NCBI GenBank assembly: GCA_016180605.1
Contig: JACPAW010000141.1
Span: forward strand, 1-30,330
Length of the DNA stretch: 30,330 nt
Reading direction: 5' to 3'
DNA from: Candidatus Omnitrophota bacterium
GTDB taxonomy: Bacteria; Omnitrophota; Gorgyraeia; Aquiviventales; Aquiviventaceae
Shown here: piece by piece, positions 1 through 9,000 of the stretch
How the letters are laid out: each line of letters opens with the position of its first letter
How positions within the stretch are numbered: the stretch's first letter is position 1
Translations under genes and position numbers: made by a program
The notes under the pieces: model-generated
Told to the model about the DNA's origin: nothing
What the model saw: only the letters and a program-made list of their open reading frames with translations
Databases searched by the model: none

Positions 1-76
1 GCCGCAGAGGATGAGCGAGAACCTTCAGGAAGGCGGTTTTGATGAGGTGGGCTTGGTTTGTCTGCGCTATAGCTAT
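1..76 (-). CDS. 5' fragment of a second ArsR/SmtB-family regulator, running off the left edge; no canonical start codon (ATA candidate)
   Basis: Minus-strand frame reads IAIAQTNQAHLIKTAFLKVLAHPLR, matching the ArsR N-terminal helix (compare KADFLRALSYPIR in the neighbouring ArsR). SD AGGAG at 90-86; in-frame TAG at 91-89. Not in the supplied ORF track. Confidence 0.6.
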   Translation of the reverse strand, partial: MAIAQTNQAHLIKTAFLKVLAHPLR

Positions 77-90
77 AGGTGTATACTCCT

Positions 91-132
91 ATATTCACAT
101 ATTAGCATATAATAGGGAAACAACCCTGTCAA
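91..132 (-). promoter_or_regulatory. sigma70-type promoter with overlapping imperfect palindrome (candidate ArsR operator)
   Basis: TTGACA (132-127), 17 nt, TATGCT (109-104). ATATTCACATATTAGCATAT (91-110) matches its own reverse complement at 14/20 positions. Confidence 0.65.
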
Positions 133-168
133 GAGTTAACGACACGGGAGAGGGTAGAATGAGGGCCA

Positions 169-513
169 TCAGTCCTTGCCGAGGGTGGCCAGGACGCGTT
201 CGGATTCCTTGAATTTCTTGCGCAGAATGACCGCAATGGGCCGCAAGATTTTGAAGATGTCGTGGTCTCGGATGGCGTAGTAGACGGTCGTGCGCTCTTG
301 ATGGGAAGTAAGAATTCCTGCTTCCCTAAGGGCAAGCAGGTGCCGGGAGAGCGTGGACTGCTCCACTTCCAGCGATTTGACGAGGATACCGACGCTCTTT
401 TCTCCGTGCTTGAGGGCCTCGATGATCTTCAGGCGAATGGGGTAGCTTAAAGCCCGAAGGAAGTCCGCCTTGACCTTATAAACCATATCTTCCATCAGAC
501 CCTTATCCTTCAT
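169..513 (-). CDS. ArsR/SmtB-family winged-helix transcriptional regulator
   Basis: FLRALSYPIRLKII...EKSV...VEQSTLSRHLLALREAGIL...TVYY motif pattern. Start at 513 or a downstream Met; no Cys metal site is visible. Confidence 0.9.
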   Translation of the reverse strand: MKDKGLMEDMVYKVKADFLRALSYPIRLKIIEALKHGEKSVGILVKSLEVEQSTLSRHLLALREAGILTSHQERTTVYYAIRDHDIFKILRPIAVILRKKFKESERVLATLGKD

Positions 514-520
514 CACTTCC

Positions 521-533
521 TTAGGGGCTCTTA
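521..533. repeat. 13-bp copy of the MITE terminal repeat plus TTA target (possible scar)
   Basis: TTAGGGGCTCTTA is identical to 25173-25185. Confidence 0.5.
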
Positions 534-2573
534 AACCCGGGCGACGGTTCGCGCAAACAGGCGGATAAGCAAGCGGGAGAAGAAAAGCGAAGCGAAGGTA
601 ATAAATATCGAGAGTTCTTGTATGCCGTTAAACACCACACCGGTGATATCCAGATAGTGGATCCTTCCCTGCCTTAAGTGGATCAACGATTGTTTCCAGA
701 AACGCTGCATCGATCGGCGCGTCCACGTCAAAGAGTGGGAACAAGGATTCCACCGCTTCAACCATAAAAGCAACCGGGAAGGAATGGGATTCGACAGCGG
801 CGGCACGTGCGGCATATTTCGGTACAGCACCCCTACCGCTTGCTGGTAGGCATGCTGAATCTCAGAAACGCGCATCCGCCGCCATCCTCGAACACTCGAA
901 GGAAGCCGTTGCAGCTCCTCAACGACGCGCTGTTCAAGGACAGAGCGCTTGCGCGTCTGCAACCAAACCTCCTCCATCTCCAGGGCTAATCGCGGCCAGA
1001 GCCTGGCGTAGCGCCAGAAGTCACAAAGCCGGTGTTTCAGGTACCTCCAGGGAGATTCGATCGGAAATCCAGGCCGGCGTTCCTTCCGCGCTTTGAGGCG
1101 TACGAAGCCGTGGATCATCGGATGACCTTGCTCGACCTCCCAGGAATTCTTATACCAGATAAAGTTGGCGAAAACCGCCCAGTAGTTCTCGGGATTCACG
1201 CGCCAGAGGATCCGTTTCATGTTCTTCAGGCTGTAGAAGCGCTTCCAGGCTTCGTTGTAGGCCTGCGTCCATTCTTCACGGGACATCTTAGGATGCCGCG
1301 TCGTCGCATGGAAGGAGTCGTAGCGATTCAAATCGGCGTCCAATTCAACTCCTTGTCGTACTAATACGCTGTGGTCCTGAGAACCCGGCAGCGGAGTGAG
1401 CATGAAAAAAGAGGCCTGCTCTGGACCCAGATCTTCTATGAGCTGGTCGATGTCCTGGCGAACGGAGGAGAGGGTATCGAACGGAAACCCGATGATATAG
1501 GCCGCATGCGTATTAATCCCGGCCTGCCGATAGGCCTCAAAGAGGGCACGGAAATTCTCAAGTTTATTCTGACGCTTCCCGGCCGCTTCCAGGTTCTTGG
1601 GATTGAGACTCTCCAGCCCAATGAATACCTGGGAACAACCCGCAGCTTTGGCTTTCTCAATGAAACGAGGCAGTTTGTAGGACTGCGTGTCCGCTTGCAC
1701 CATAAAACCAATGTGGATTCCCTCTTGCTGCCGCAGCCGGATTAACCCATCCAGAATCGCTTCCCAGTACTTGTTCCGGCAGAAATTATCATCCGTGAAG
1801 AAGTAAGAACCGATGCGATGGTGGTGGTAGTTTTCCCGAATGGCCTGAAGCAGTCGCTCGACATCACGAAACCGCATCACTCGACCTTGGACATTGATGA
1901 CGGTGCAGAACGAGCAGTTGAAAGGACAACCACGCCCGCAGTCTAAAGTGCTGAAATTCGGTGAGACAAAACGTTTGGCATAGGGTTTGCTGATCCTGGG
2001 AAGAGGAGCGGCTTGAAGCGCAGGAGGTTCCCGCAGAAAATTATATATCGGATTCAGTTTTCCGTCGACCGCATCCCGTAGAATCGCTTCCCAGCGGCCC
2101 TCGATTTCTCCAGCCACAACGCTTACTCCGGCATCCAACAGTGCTTTGATTTCAGATGGCAACTCGGGCAGCATCGCTAGAGAGCCGCTGACATGAAACC
2201 CGCCGATTAAAACATCGATTTTACCCTTACGAAACTCCATGGCTAAATCGTTTGCCCGCGCAAACTGGTTGCTCTGCACCCCCACCAAACAAACGATTGT
2301 TTTGGTGTCGCGCCGGCGGCTACGCCTTAAGATGCCCGACACATCGACTCGTTGCACCGTTTCATCGATGAGCTTGATCTGCCAGTGAAGCCTGGAACCT
2401 AGAACCCCACGCTGACGCACATCCTCCGTTAATCCATAGAGGCAGGTCAACGTGTTGCTGGGCAGCACCCCTTTCCAATATCGGATCACATAGCCCTGCT
2501 CGTCGTACTTCGAGGGCTTGATCAGATAGATGGCCAGTCGTCTAACGCTAAGACTTCCGGAATCACGCGTCAT
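531..2573 (-). CDS. Cobalamin-binding-domain radical SAM protein (class B methyltransferase-like), substrate unknown
   Basis: GRGCPFNCSFC (CX3CX2C), FFTDDNF, VFIGLES, AAYIIGFPFD, FFMLTPLPGS; N-terminal B12-binding-like region (VLIGGFHVSG). Start moved to ATG 2573 because the longer ORF overlaps the upstream gene and spans a -10 element. Confidence 0.85.
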   Translation of the reverse strand: MTRDSGSLSVRRLAIYLIKPSKYDEQGYVIRYWKGVLPSNTLTCLYGLTEDVRQRGVLGSRLHWQIKLIDETVQRVDVSGILRRSRRRDTKTIVCLVGVQSNQFARANDLAMEFRKGKIDVLIGGFHVSGSLAMLPELPSEIKALLDAGVSVVAGEIEGRWEAILRDAVDGKLNPIYNFLREPPALQAAPLPRISKPYAKRFVSPNFSTLDCGRGCPFNCSFCTVINVQGRVMRFRDVERLLQAIRENYHHHRIGSYFFTDDNFCRNKYWEAILDGLIRLRQQEGIHIGFMVQADTQSYKLPRFIEKAKAAGCSQVFIGLESLNPKNLEAAGKRQNKLENFRALFEAYRQAGINTHAAYIIGFPFDTLSSVRQDIDQLIEDLGPEQASFFMLTPLPGSQDHSVLVRQGVELDADLNRYDSFHATTRHPKMSREEWTQAYNEAWKRFYSLKNMKRILWRVNPENYWAVFANFIWYKNSWEVEQGHPMIHGFVRLKARKERRPGFPIESPWRYLKHRLCDFWRYARLWPRLALEMEEVWLQTRKRSVLEQRVVEELQRLPSSVRGWRRMRVSEIQHAYQQAVGVLYRNMPHVPPLSNPIPSRLLLWLKRWNPCSHSLTWTRRSMQRFWKQSLIHLRQGRIHYLDITGVVFNGIQELSIFITFASLFFSRLLIRLFARTVARV

Positions 2574-2594
2574 GAGAGAATGAAAGCATGTTTT

Positions 2595-2603
2595 ATTATA
2601 CCA
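2595..2603 (-). promoter_or_regulatory. extended -10 promoter of the radical SAM gene
   Basis: TG-G-TATAAT, 21 nt upstream of ATG 2573; no SD in between. Confidence 0.55.
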
Positions 2604-2662
2604 GGACTTGGGAATGCGAAGATAACGATTGGTGGCGTGGTTGGTTACCTTCACGCAGACGG

Positions 2663-3847
2663 TCAGTTTAACTGGCGCCAACTGAGGACAACTACCTGGA
2701 TGGGATTGCTGTTCCTGGCGGGATTCAGGGCATCATCGTAAATGTTCAAGGCTTCATCGTAGTGGACATCAGCACTTCCCCGAACGATGATTTCGCGGCC
2801 AATCACGGCGCCATAGAGATCGCCGTTGCCGAGGATTTCGACTGTTGCGTCGGGGGCGTTCAACTTTGCAAAAAGATCGGCATCTCCACCCATCGAGACG
2901 CGTAAACCCTTCACATGGAGAGTGAGATTCGTGGGAAGCTTTTCCGCAGTCTCAATTCCTCCCTTTCCAGAAACCTGAATATCCTCTTCCACATACACTT
3001 GGGCAGGTCCGATAAAGACCAGCTTGCCATGTCCTGAAATGCGAATCTCACGAAATCGATAGAGACCACCCTCCAATGCCACCACTTCATGTCCTGAAAT
3101 TAAAAGGCGCCCACCGTCGGGAAGCTGGGGCATCTCTACCGGCTCTAGCGCGGTCCCAACCTCCGCTACACGGACTTCACCCTCAATCCATGACCAGGTC
3201 TTTGATGTCTGCCAGAGGGTTTTCTCCGGATCGCTGCCTGGACCTAAGATCACATCCCCAAGGATGGCGACTCTACCCATGAGAGCCACCGCTTTTCTCT
3301 CATGCCCATTGGTCACAACCTGAAGGTTCCCTCGACTCTCCTTGAGACCGTACGATCCTTGACGCGAGTTGTAGCTATCCACCCTTACTCCCCTTTCGTC
3401 CTCCTCCGTATCATCGCCAAAACTGTCAAATCGGATGGATCGCTCACCTAATACCCCATAGCCAGGACCGGCAACTTTCACCCTCTGGACTATCGCTTCG
3501 ATCGTTCTTGAGGTATAGCCGAAGGCTGTCGGATCGTTTGAGGGGTAAAAACCTGTTGCCCGAACTCTCCACTGAGAAGACTGCGCTGGACCCACCCAAA
3601 TGGAATACCCACCGGAACCGTTTTCAATATCCGTATAGTCCACACCCATGTAATCGGGATCTTCCTTCAGCGAGTGAATCGCCACGTCAAGACCAGCCTC
3701 GCTTAGGTAAAATGCCTTCATCTGATGCCAGTCCCTTAGAGTAGCCCGCTGTGCCACTGTGGAGTAGGTCAGCAAGCCGCCGCTCCAGACCAGCAAGGTT
3801 CCTGCCATCACCAATGAAAATATGAGTGCGCTCCCGTGTCCGTTCAC
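2663..3847 (-). CDS. PilX/PilK-like type IV minor pilin with C-terminal beta-rich domain
   Basis: Short leader then G|SALIFSLVM hydrophobic helix (prepilin-like); KAFYLSEAGL motif typical of PilX N-termini; C-terminal IIVRGSADVHYDEAL. Confidence 0.75.
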   Translation of the reverse strand: MNGHGSALIFSLVMAGTLLVWSGGLLTYSTVAQRATLRDWHQMKAFYLSEAGLDVAIHSLKEDPDYMGVDYTDIENGSGGYSIWVGPAQSSQWRVRATGFYPSNDPTAFGYTSRTIEAIVQRVKVAGPGYGVLGERSIRFDSFGDDTEEDERGVRVDSYNSRQGSYGLKESRGNLQVVTNGHERKAVALMGRVAILGDVILGPGSDPEKTLWQTSKTWSWIEGEVRVAEVGTALEPVEMPQLPDGGRLLISGHEVVALEGGLYRFREIRISGHGKLVFIGPAQVYVEEDIQVSGKGGIETAEKLPTNLTLHVKGLRVSMGGDADLFAKLNAPDATVEILGNGDLYGAVIGREIIVRGSADVHYDEALNIYDDALNPARNSNPIQVVVLSWRQLN

Positions 3848-3907
3848 CCGCCAGTCCCCCTGTCTTTTTCAGGCAAGCAGAGTGAGTTTCTCTCGCACAT
3901 CCAGCGA

Positions 3908-5605
3908 TCAACGCATCGGTACGATGCGGATGGAATCCGCCCCTTTTAAGGGGATGCCAGAAATGGTCAAACCTTCCAGAATGCCTTGCGTGTCTCCTGT
4001 TTGAAACGCGGTCCGTTGGGATTCGAAATGACACACAAGATCCAAGCGGCCATCCGCGTTCACATCCTCTGGCTTACAGAACACCAGGCTCTGTTCCGTT
4101 CCCAGCCGGCCGAACGTCAACGTGCTCTGCTTGACCACCTCCGGTGCCTTAAATCGATTGGTTGATAGGATAGCCACAGGAATCTTTCCCGGACTTTTTG
4201 GATTGATGGGATTCTCAAGCGACCCTGGCTTGATGTCAATGGGAACACTCAGGGGAGCTTGGGTGGGTTGGATGGCATATTGCAATAGCATAAGATCCGA
4301 TTGTCCCTCAACGTTACCCCCTTCCGAAAAGCTCTTCGAGTCACCGACTGCGTAAAGGTAAGACCCAACACGTTGTACTGCCCATGCGACATCATTTTCT
4401 CTGCCACCGTAGTAATGGGTTGAAAAGATCGAACCATCGGCCGGATTCAATTCCAACAAGAACGCGTCTTGCTTGCCGACTCCAAAACTGGAAGTGGTAC
4501 CTACGACGTAGAGTCGCTGGTTCTCCGGCGCGGTGCGGGCATGGTCATTCACGGTAACCCCGTAGGCTTGATCATCCGCTGGCCCACCCCACGTTTTACT
4601 CCATAAGAGATTTCCGGACTCATCATATTTCAGTATGACACCATCCATACCGCCGTTTGGACCATTCTTGATCGTTCCCACCACGTAGAGGTCCACCGCC
4701 GTAGATTGATACCGCTTTGAGGAAACCAGCGCCATTGCTCCACGCCATCCGGGAATAAAACCAGGATGGCTGCGGACCCAGATGAGGTTGCCCACATCGT
4801 CGTATTTCCACAACGCGATTTTCATAGCGTTGGAATCCGTGTAGGGATAATGGGTCATCCCGGCAACGTAGACGTAGCCGTTGAGGTTAGTGGCCGCACT
4901 CCCAAAACTGCTCATGAACCATCCCGTGTTGCCTAACACACGACTCCATCGCAGGGTGCCGGAGCCATCGTACTGGGCAAGAACGGCTGCGTTGTTTGCC
5001 CCGTTGGCCTGCGCGTAACCCGATGCATAGATGTAATGAGAGGCGCCGCTGCGGTCCGGCCCGTAGGTTACCGCTAAGAAGGATTCATTGCCTCGGTAGG
5101 TGAAGAAATTAGGCTTCGCCAACCATTCTGCTCCTCCAACACTGGACCCTGTAGCTCCCGTGAGTGGAAATTTAACCAGCACGCTTTTGTGTTCCTTTCC
5201 CCCAAATCCGTCTTCCGTCTGTGACCAGCTGCGGCCAGCAAAAAAGACTCCCCCTCGAGTTCCCACAACAGAGTCAAATACTTCGCTATTGACGTTGCCG
5301 GAACCATTGGCAACGTGAGGCCAGTAAGCTGTCCACTCCAGCTGCGGCGAACCATCCTTCGAAGAGAGCGTGTAGTGAAGCCCAATGGACTGACCCCTCA
5401 GAAGCGTTTCATCGACTCCGGAGAGATACACATCCGAGGCGTTGTGATAGGAAATTGCCGTTCCACGCTGGTTACCGCTACCCCCGTAAAGTACGGCCTT
5501 CTGAAATTTCACTCCCCCGTTTTCCTCCGCGTTACCGATCAAACCCCCTCCAAAGAAAACGACCGATGCAAAAAGCAGTCTGGCAATGCAAGGTATCCCC
5601 TTCAT
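3908..5605 (-). CDS. Secreted beta-propeller repeat protein with C-terminal IDIKPGS domain
   Basis: Signal-peptide-like N-terminus. Repeated G.VYVAG/LYVVG...KYD.SG.L.W blades. C-terminal IDIKPGSLENPINPKS...DVNADGRLDLVCHF (Ca-binding loop-like). SD GGGAGGG. Confidence 0.75.
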   Translation of the reverse strand: MKGIPCIARLLFASVVFFGGGLIGNAEENGGVKFQKAVLYGGSGNQRGTAISYHNASDVYLSGVDETLLRGQSIGLHYTLSSKDGSPQLEWTAYWPHVANGSGNVNSEVFDSVVGTRGGVFFAGRSWSQTEDGFGGKEHKSVLVKFPLTGATGSSVGGAEWLAKPNFFTYRGNESFLAVTYGPDRSGASHYIYASGYAQANGANNAAVLAQYDGSGTLRWSRVLGNTGWFMSSFGSAATNLNGYVYVAGMTHYPYTDSNAMKIALWKYDDVGNLIWVRSHPGFIPGWRGAMALVSSKRYQSTAVDLYVVGTIKNGPNGGMDGVILKYDESGNLLWSKTWGGPADDQAYGVTVNDHARTAPENQRLYVVGTTSSFGVGKQDAFLLELNPADGSIFSTHYYGGRENDVAWAVQRVGSYLYAVGDSKSFSEGGNVEGQSDLMLLQYAIQPTQAPLSVPIDIKPGSLENPINPKSPGKIPVAILSTNRFKAPEVVKQSTLTFGRLGTEQSLVFCKPEDVNADGRLDLVCHFESQRTAFQTGDTQGILEGLTISGIPLKGADSIRIVPMR

Positions 5606-5644
5606 GGTGATTCCCCTCCCGCGTAACCTTTCCCGACCGGGTAT

Positions 5645-5677
5645 AAAAAATCCCCATCCGAACCACTCGGATAGGGA
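5645..5677 (-). terminator. Intrinsic terminator in the leader of 3908..5605 (riboswitch expression platform)
   Basis: UCCCUAUCCGA-GUGGU-UCGGAUGGGGA (11-bp stem) followed by U6. Confidence 0.85.
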
Positions 5678-5707
5678 CTTCTGCGGTGGTTAAGGCACTT
5701 CCTCTCT

Positions 5708-5797
5708 GTTTCGGCAGCTAGGCTACCTTGGCGCATGCTGTAGGCCCTATGGCTTTGCGACCCTGCCTTTCGGCACCCGCCGCATCGTTTCAGCGGG
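5708..5797 (-). ncRNA. c-di-GMP-I (GEMM-I)-like riboswitch aptamer with divergent 5' half
   Basis: UGCC-GAAA-GGCA hairpin, GGGUCGCAAAGCC junction, AUAGGGCCUA...AGGUAGCCUAGCUGCCG P3 arm. Lies upstream of a terminator and of surface/pilus genes. Confidence 0.75.
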
Positions 5798-5922
5798 CCC
5801 GCCACGATCTGTGGCGCAGGTGTGCTCTTATCGTTCAGAGCTCTTACGAACCGAAAACGCTGAGGGCAGTCTTTGAGGGCAATCAATCACTGAAGGCTTG
5901 TCTGAGGGTTATTACTTCTCCA

Positions 5923-5951
5923 ACCTTACCTGACCCAACAATAAAAAGCAA
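5923..5951 (-). promoter_or_regulatory. candidate sigma70 promoter for the riboswitch-containing leader
   Basis: TTGCTT (5951-5946), 17 nt, TAAGGT (5928-5923). Confidence 0.4.
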
Positions 5952-5970
5952 GAGGGGGGTGAATTCGAAT

Positions 5971-5994
5971 TTCACTCCTTGGTGTAGGCGCCGA
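5971..5994. repeat. 24-bp direct repeat, copy 1 (att-like)
   Basis: TTCACTCCTTGGTGTAGGCGCCGA is 22/24 identical to 12232-12255. Confidence 0.75.
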
Positions 5995-6018
5995 AACCTT
6001 AATCCGCACGCGGCTGTG

Positions 6019-9000
6019 TCAGGGAATTACTTCCATCTGCCCGCCGCGGGTACGGATGCGCCCGACGCCGACAGGATTTGCCGGCGGCACATCGCTGGCG
6101 CGATAACTCAGTGCGTTTGGATCGTTCCAGGGAAAGCCTTGGACGCCAAACTGGAAATTCCCCCGATATACCGATGCCGCAGGCTGCCGGTTCGAATCGG
6201 GCACAAAAGTCAGGCAGCCGGGATTCGCACCGCAGTTGGGTAAGAGTTTCAGCCAGCCGAAACCGAGCGCGATATCCCGGCCATCGGTTGGCGTGCGGAC
6301 CGGAGCTGTGCCTACACGCGCGATGAGATACCAAGGGTTCAGCGTCCATCCCCCATCCGGGAAGTTGTTCACGCCGAACCAGCCCTGTTGGCTTGGCTGA
6401 GTGGGATCGAATACAAAATCGAAAAAGCCGCTGCGGAACCGAATCCAGCCCTTGCCAAGGTTAACCGTGTAGGAACCACTCTGATTCGGCCCGTTAAGGA
6501 CGATCACAAAATCGGACTCATTGAGAATGGCTGGATGTCCGAAATCGTGCGTGCCGAACAGCACGGTCTGACTGGGTTGCGAAAGGTCCGGCTCGAAGCC
6601 TCCGTCAGGTGTCTTCCATCCATACCCCAACGAGATGGGATTCCCCTGAAAACTGCTCCGGCCAGTTTCATCCAGCACCTTGCCCAACGCGAATACTTGG
6701 TAGCCGTATGAGAACAGGCGCGATGCATCGGCATAAGGCCTGATTCCGTAATCCGCGCTGACCGTATTGCTCACTATCCATTTCCCAACTTCCGCACGGG
6801 CTTTGATGCGGACCCGGCCATTCGTGAAATTTCCTAAACCAGGAACAACCCCTCCGGGCACAAGAACCGGTGAGCTGCCAGTTGGATCCGGCGGTATCGA
6901 GCCATCCGTTGAAACGGTGTAGCGGATGATAGCGCCCTCTGTCGGGGTATCGACGCGTATCGTAAGCGGTCCTTGGTATTGTCCTGCAGGTGGGTTAAAT
7001 GCCGGCGCATTCGCAAGTGCCGGTGTTATACCCGAGAAGAGGTAACGCTGCGGAATCGGACTCTGCGGCGTTGAGGGACTCTTCCAATGCAGAAAAATGT
7101 TTCCTCCCCAATCGATATTGTGGAACTCGACTGTAATGGGATATTTGACGCCGGCTTGCAGATTTGCCATTGCATAGAGCGGATCGTTGTTCGTATACGG
7201 CCATAGATCCATTAGTAACTGACCGTTGAGCCAGAAGCGGATGCCATGGCCTGCCGCTGCCCAGAACGTGTAGGGTTCTGAATGCTGCGGTGAAAGCCAT
7301 CCCGTCCACCGTACGCTGAAATGCTCCTCTGGAATAAGCGGATCGGGCCTTCCCTCTCCCCACACGAAGTCGATCGTCGGATCGATGCGTTGGGTACTGG
7401 GTTGGCCGGGCCGCTCCGTCAGTTCTTCGTTGCTGAAATACCTCCCAAGCAGCCCATCTCCCATAGGCGAAGGATTATTGGTGATCGTGTACTGAACCGT
7501 CATCACCGGACTCACGACCGCTCCGTTAAGGCTTACCGCCACGGCCTTCAATACCCAGGTTCCGAGTTGGTCTAAGAGTATGGGACCTGTATAGGCTTGC
7601 CCTACGGTGGCTGAAGGAGCGGTGCCATCGATCGTGTAGCGGATCATGGCCTGAGGACCTGTTGCCCGCGTCAAATGAACGGAGATCGGCCCATCGAAGC
7701 TTCCCGGAGGAGGTGCTGCAATGGGCTGCCCCATCCGACCAGACCTCAGTTGCACCAAATCTACGCTTACGATGGATGGAGGGTGCATCAGTAAAGTGGG
7801 GTTTCTGGCCAGGTTCTCGTCAACCGTACCGTTGCCCAACAGGCCATAGAGGTTTGCGCCCCACGTACGCACATCATAGAGACTCGACATGGCCAAAACA
7901 CCGGTACTGCTGGATACCAATTGGAAAATCCAAGGTATTCCGGGAATGAAAGTCGGTCGCAGTATCGGATCCCAAGGTGCCGTTCCCACTTGACCTGCTC
8001 CTACTTGGCCGAACGTTTTATCTCCCCATCCAAGCAGGCCTCCACCGGCGCTATTCCAGGCCAGGCTGTGAGAGCGTCCAGCAGATATCAGCGAGTAGCT
8101 GACGTAGGGCGATGACCCTATCACGCGAACTGGTGTCGAACGAGCGGTCACGCGGGTTCCGTCTCCTAGCTGTGCTGAAGTATTCCGCCCCCACGCCCAT
8201 ACCCCGCCATCCGAAGCCAGCACGTGGTAGGCGCCTGCCGCAATGGAACGGATGTTCTGCAGACTATTGACACGCACGGGCACGGCACTGAAACTGATAC
8301 CGCCCATACCGAGTTGACCGTAGCTGTTATCCCCCCACGTCCATACCGTACCGTCCGTTTTCAGTGCCACGCTGAAATCATCCCCGGCCGCCAATGCTTT
8401 GACTCCTGAGAAACCGACAATGAGAACCGGTATGGCGCTATCCGTCATCGTTCCATTGCCGAGCTGGCCGGAGCGGTTGTGGCCCCACGTCCATACCGTG
8501 CCATCTGTTTTGATTGCCAAGCTGTGCGTTGTCCCAGCGGCAACGAGACTCACGTTATTCAACCCAGCCACCGGCACCGGTTCGCGCCGATCCGTCGTGG
8601 AATTATCGCCCAACTGGCCGTAACGGTTGGATCCCCACGCCCATACCGTCCCATCCTGCTTGACCGCAAGGCTGTGGGCGCCACCGCCGGCTACTTGCTT
8701 TACTCCATTGAGCCCGCTGACCATCACCGGTTTGGATCGAAATAAAATCGATGGGTGAGCCGGGGAACCATTGCCCAACTGGCCATAACCGTTGTGGCCC
8801 CACGTCCACACACGCCCAAGATGGGTCAACGCCAAAAAGTGGTCGCCTCCTGCAGCGACTTGCACCACCCATTCCTCAGGGAAAATCACATCTGCCGGAG
8901 GTCCCAACAATTCGACGGTATCCACGTAGAATGGCCCAGGCAGCGAGCCGGAGGTCCAAGCCTTGAAATAAAGATCGGTCAGGCGCTCTGAATCTGAGAA

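Noticed and set aside
5822-5880. Plus-strand CTCTTATC...AGAG...GAGGG resembling a SAM-I start
   Set aside because: Wrong strand for the downstream genes, and the GCAACC/GGTGC core is absent.
5980-6010. tRNA/tmRNA 3'-end-like sequence (minus strand ...GCGGATTAAGGTTTCGGCGCCTACACCA)
   Set aside because: T-loop lacks TTCRA, the stem is mismatched and there is no 5' half. The segment is better explained as the copy of the protease 3' end.
7830-8850. Periodic DNA similarity in the large gene as a CRISPR or DGR signal
   Set aside because: It reflects the protein-level RCC1 repeats; there are no identical repeats with spacers and no reverse transcriptase.
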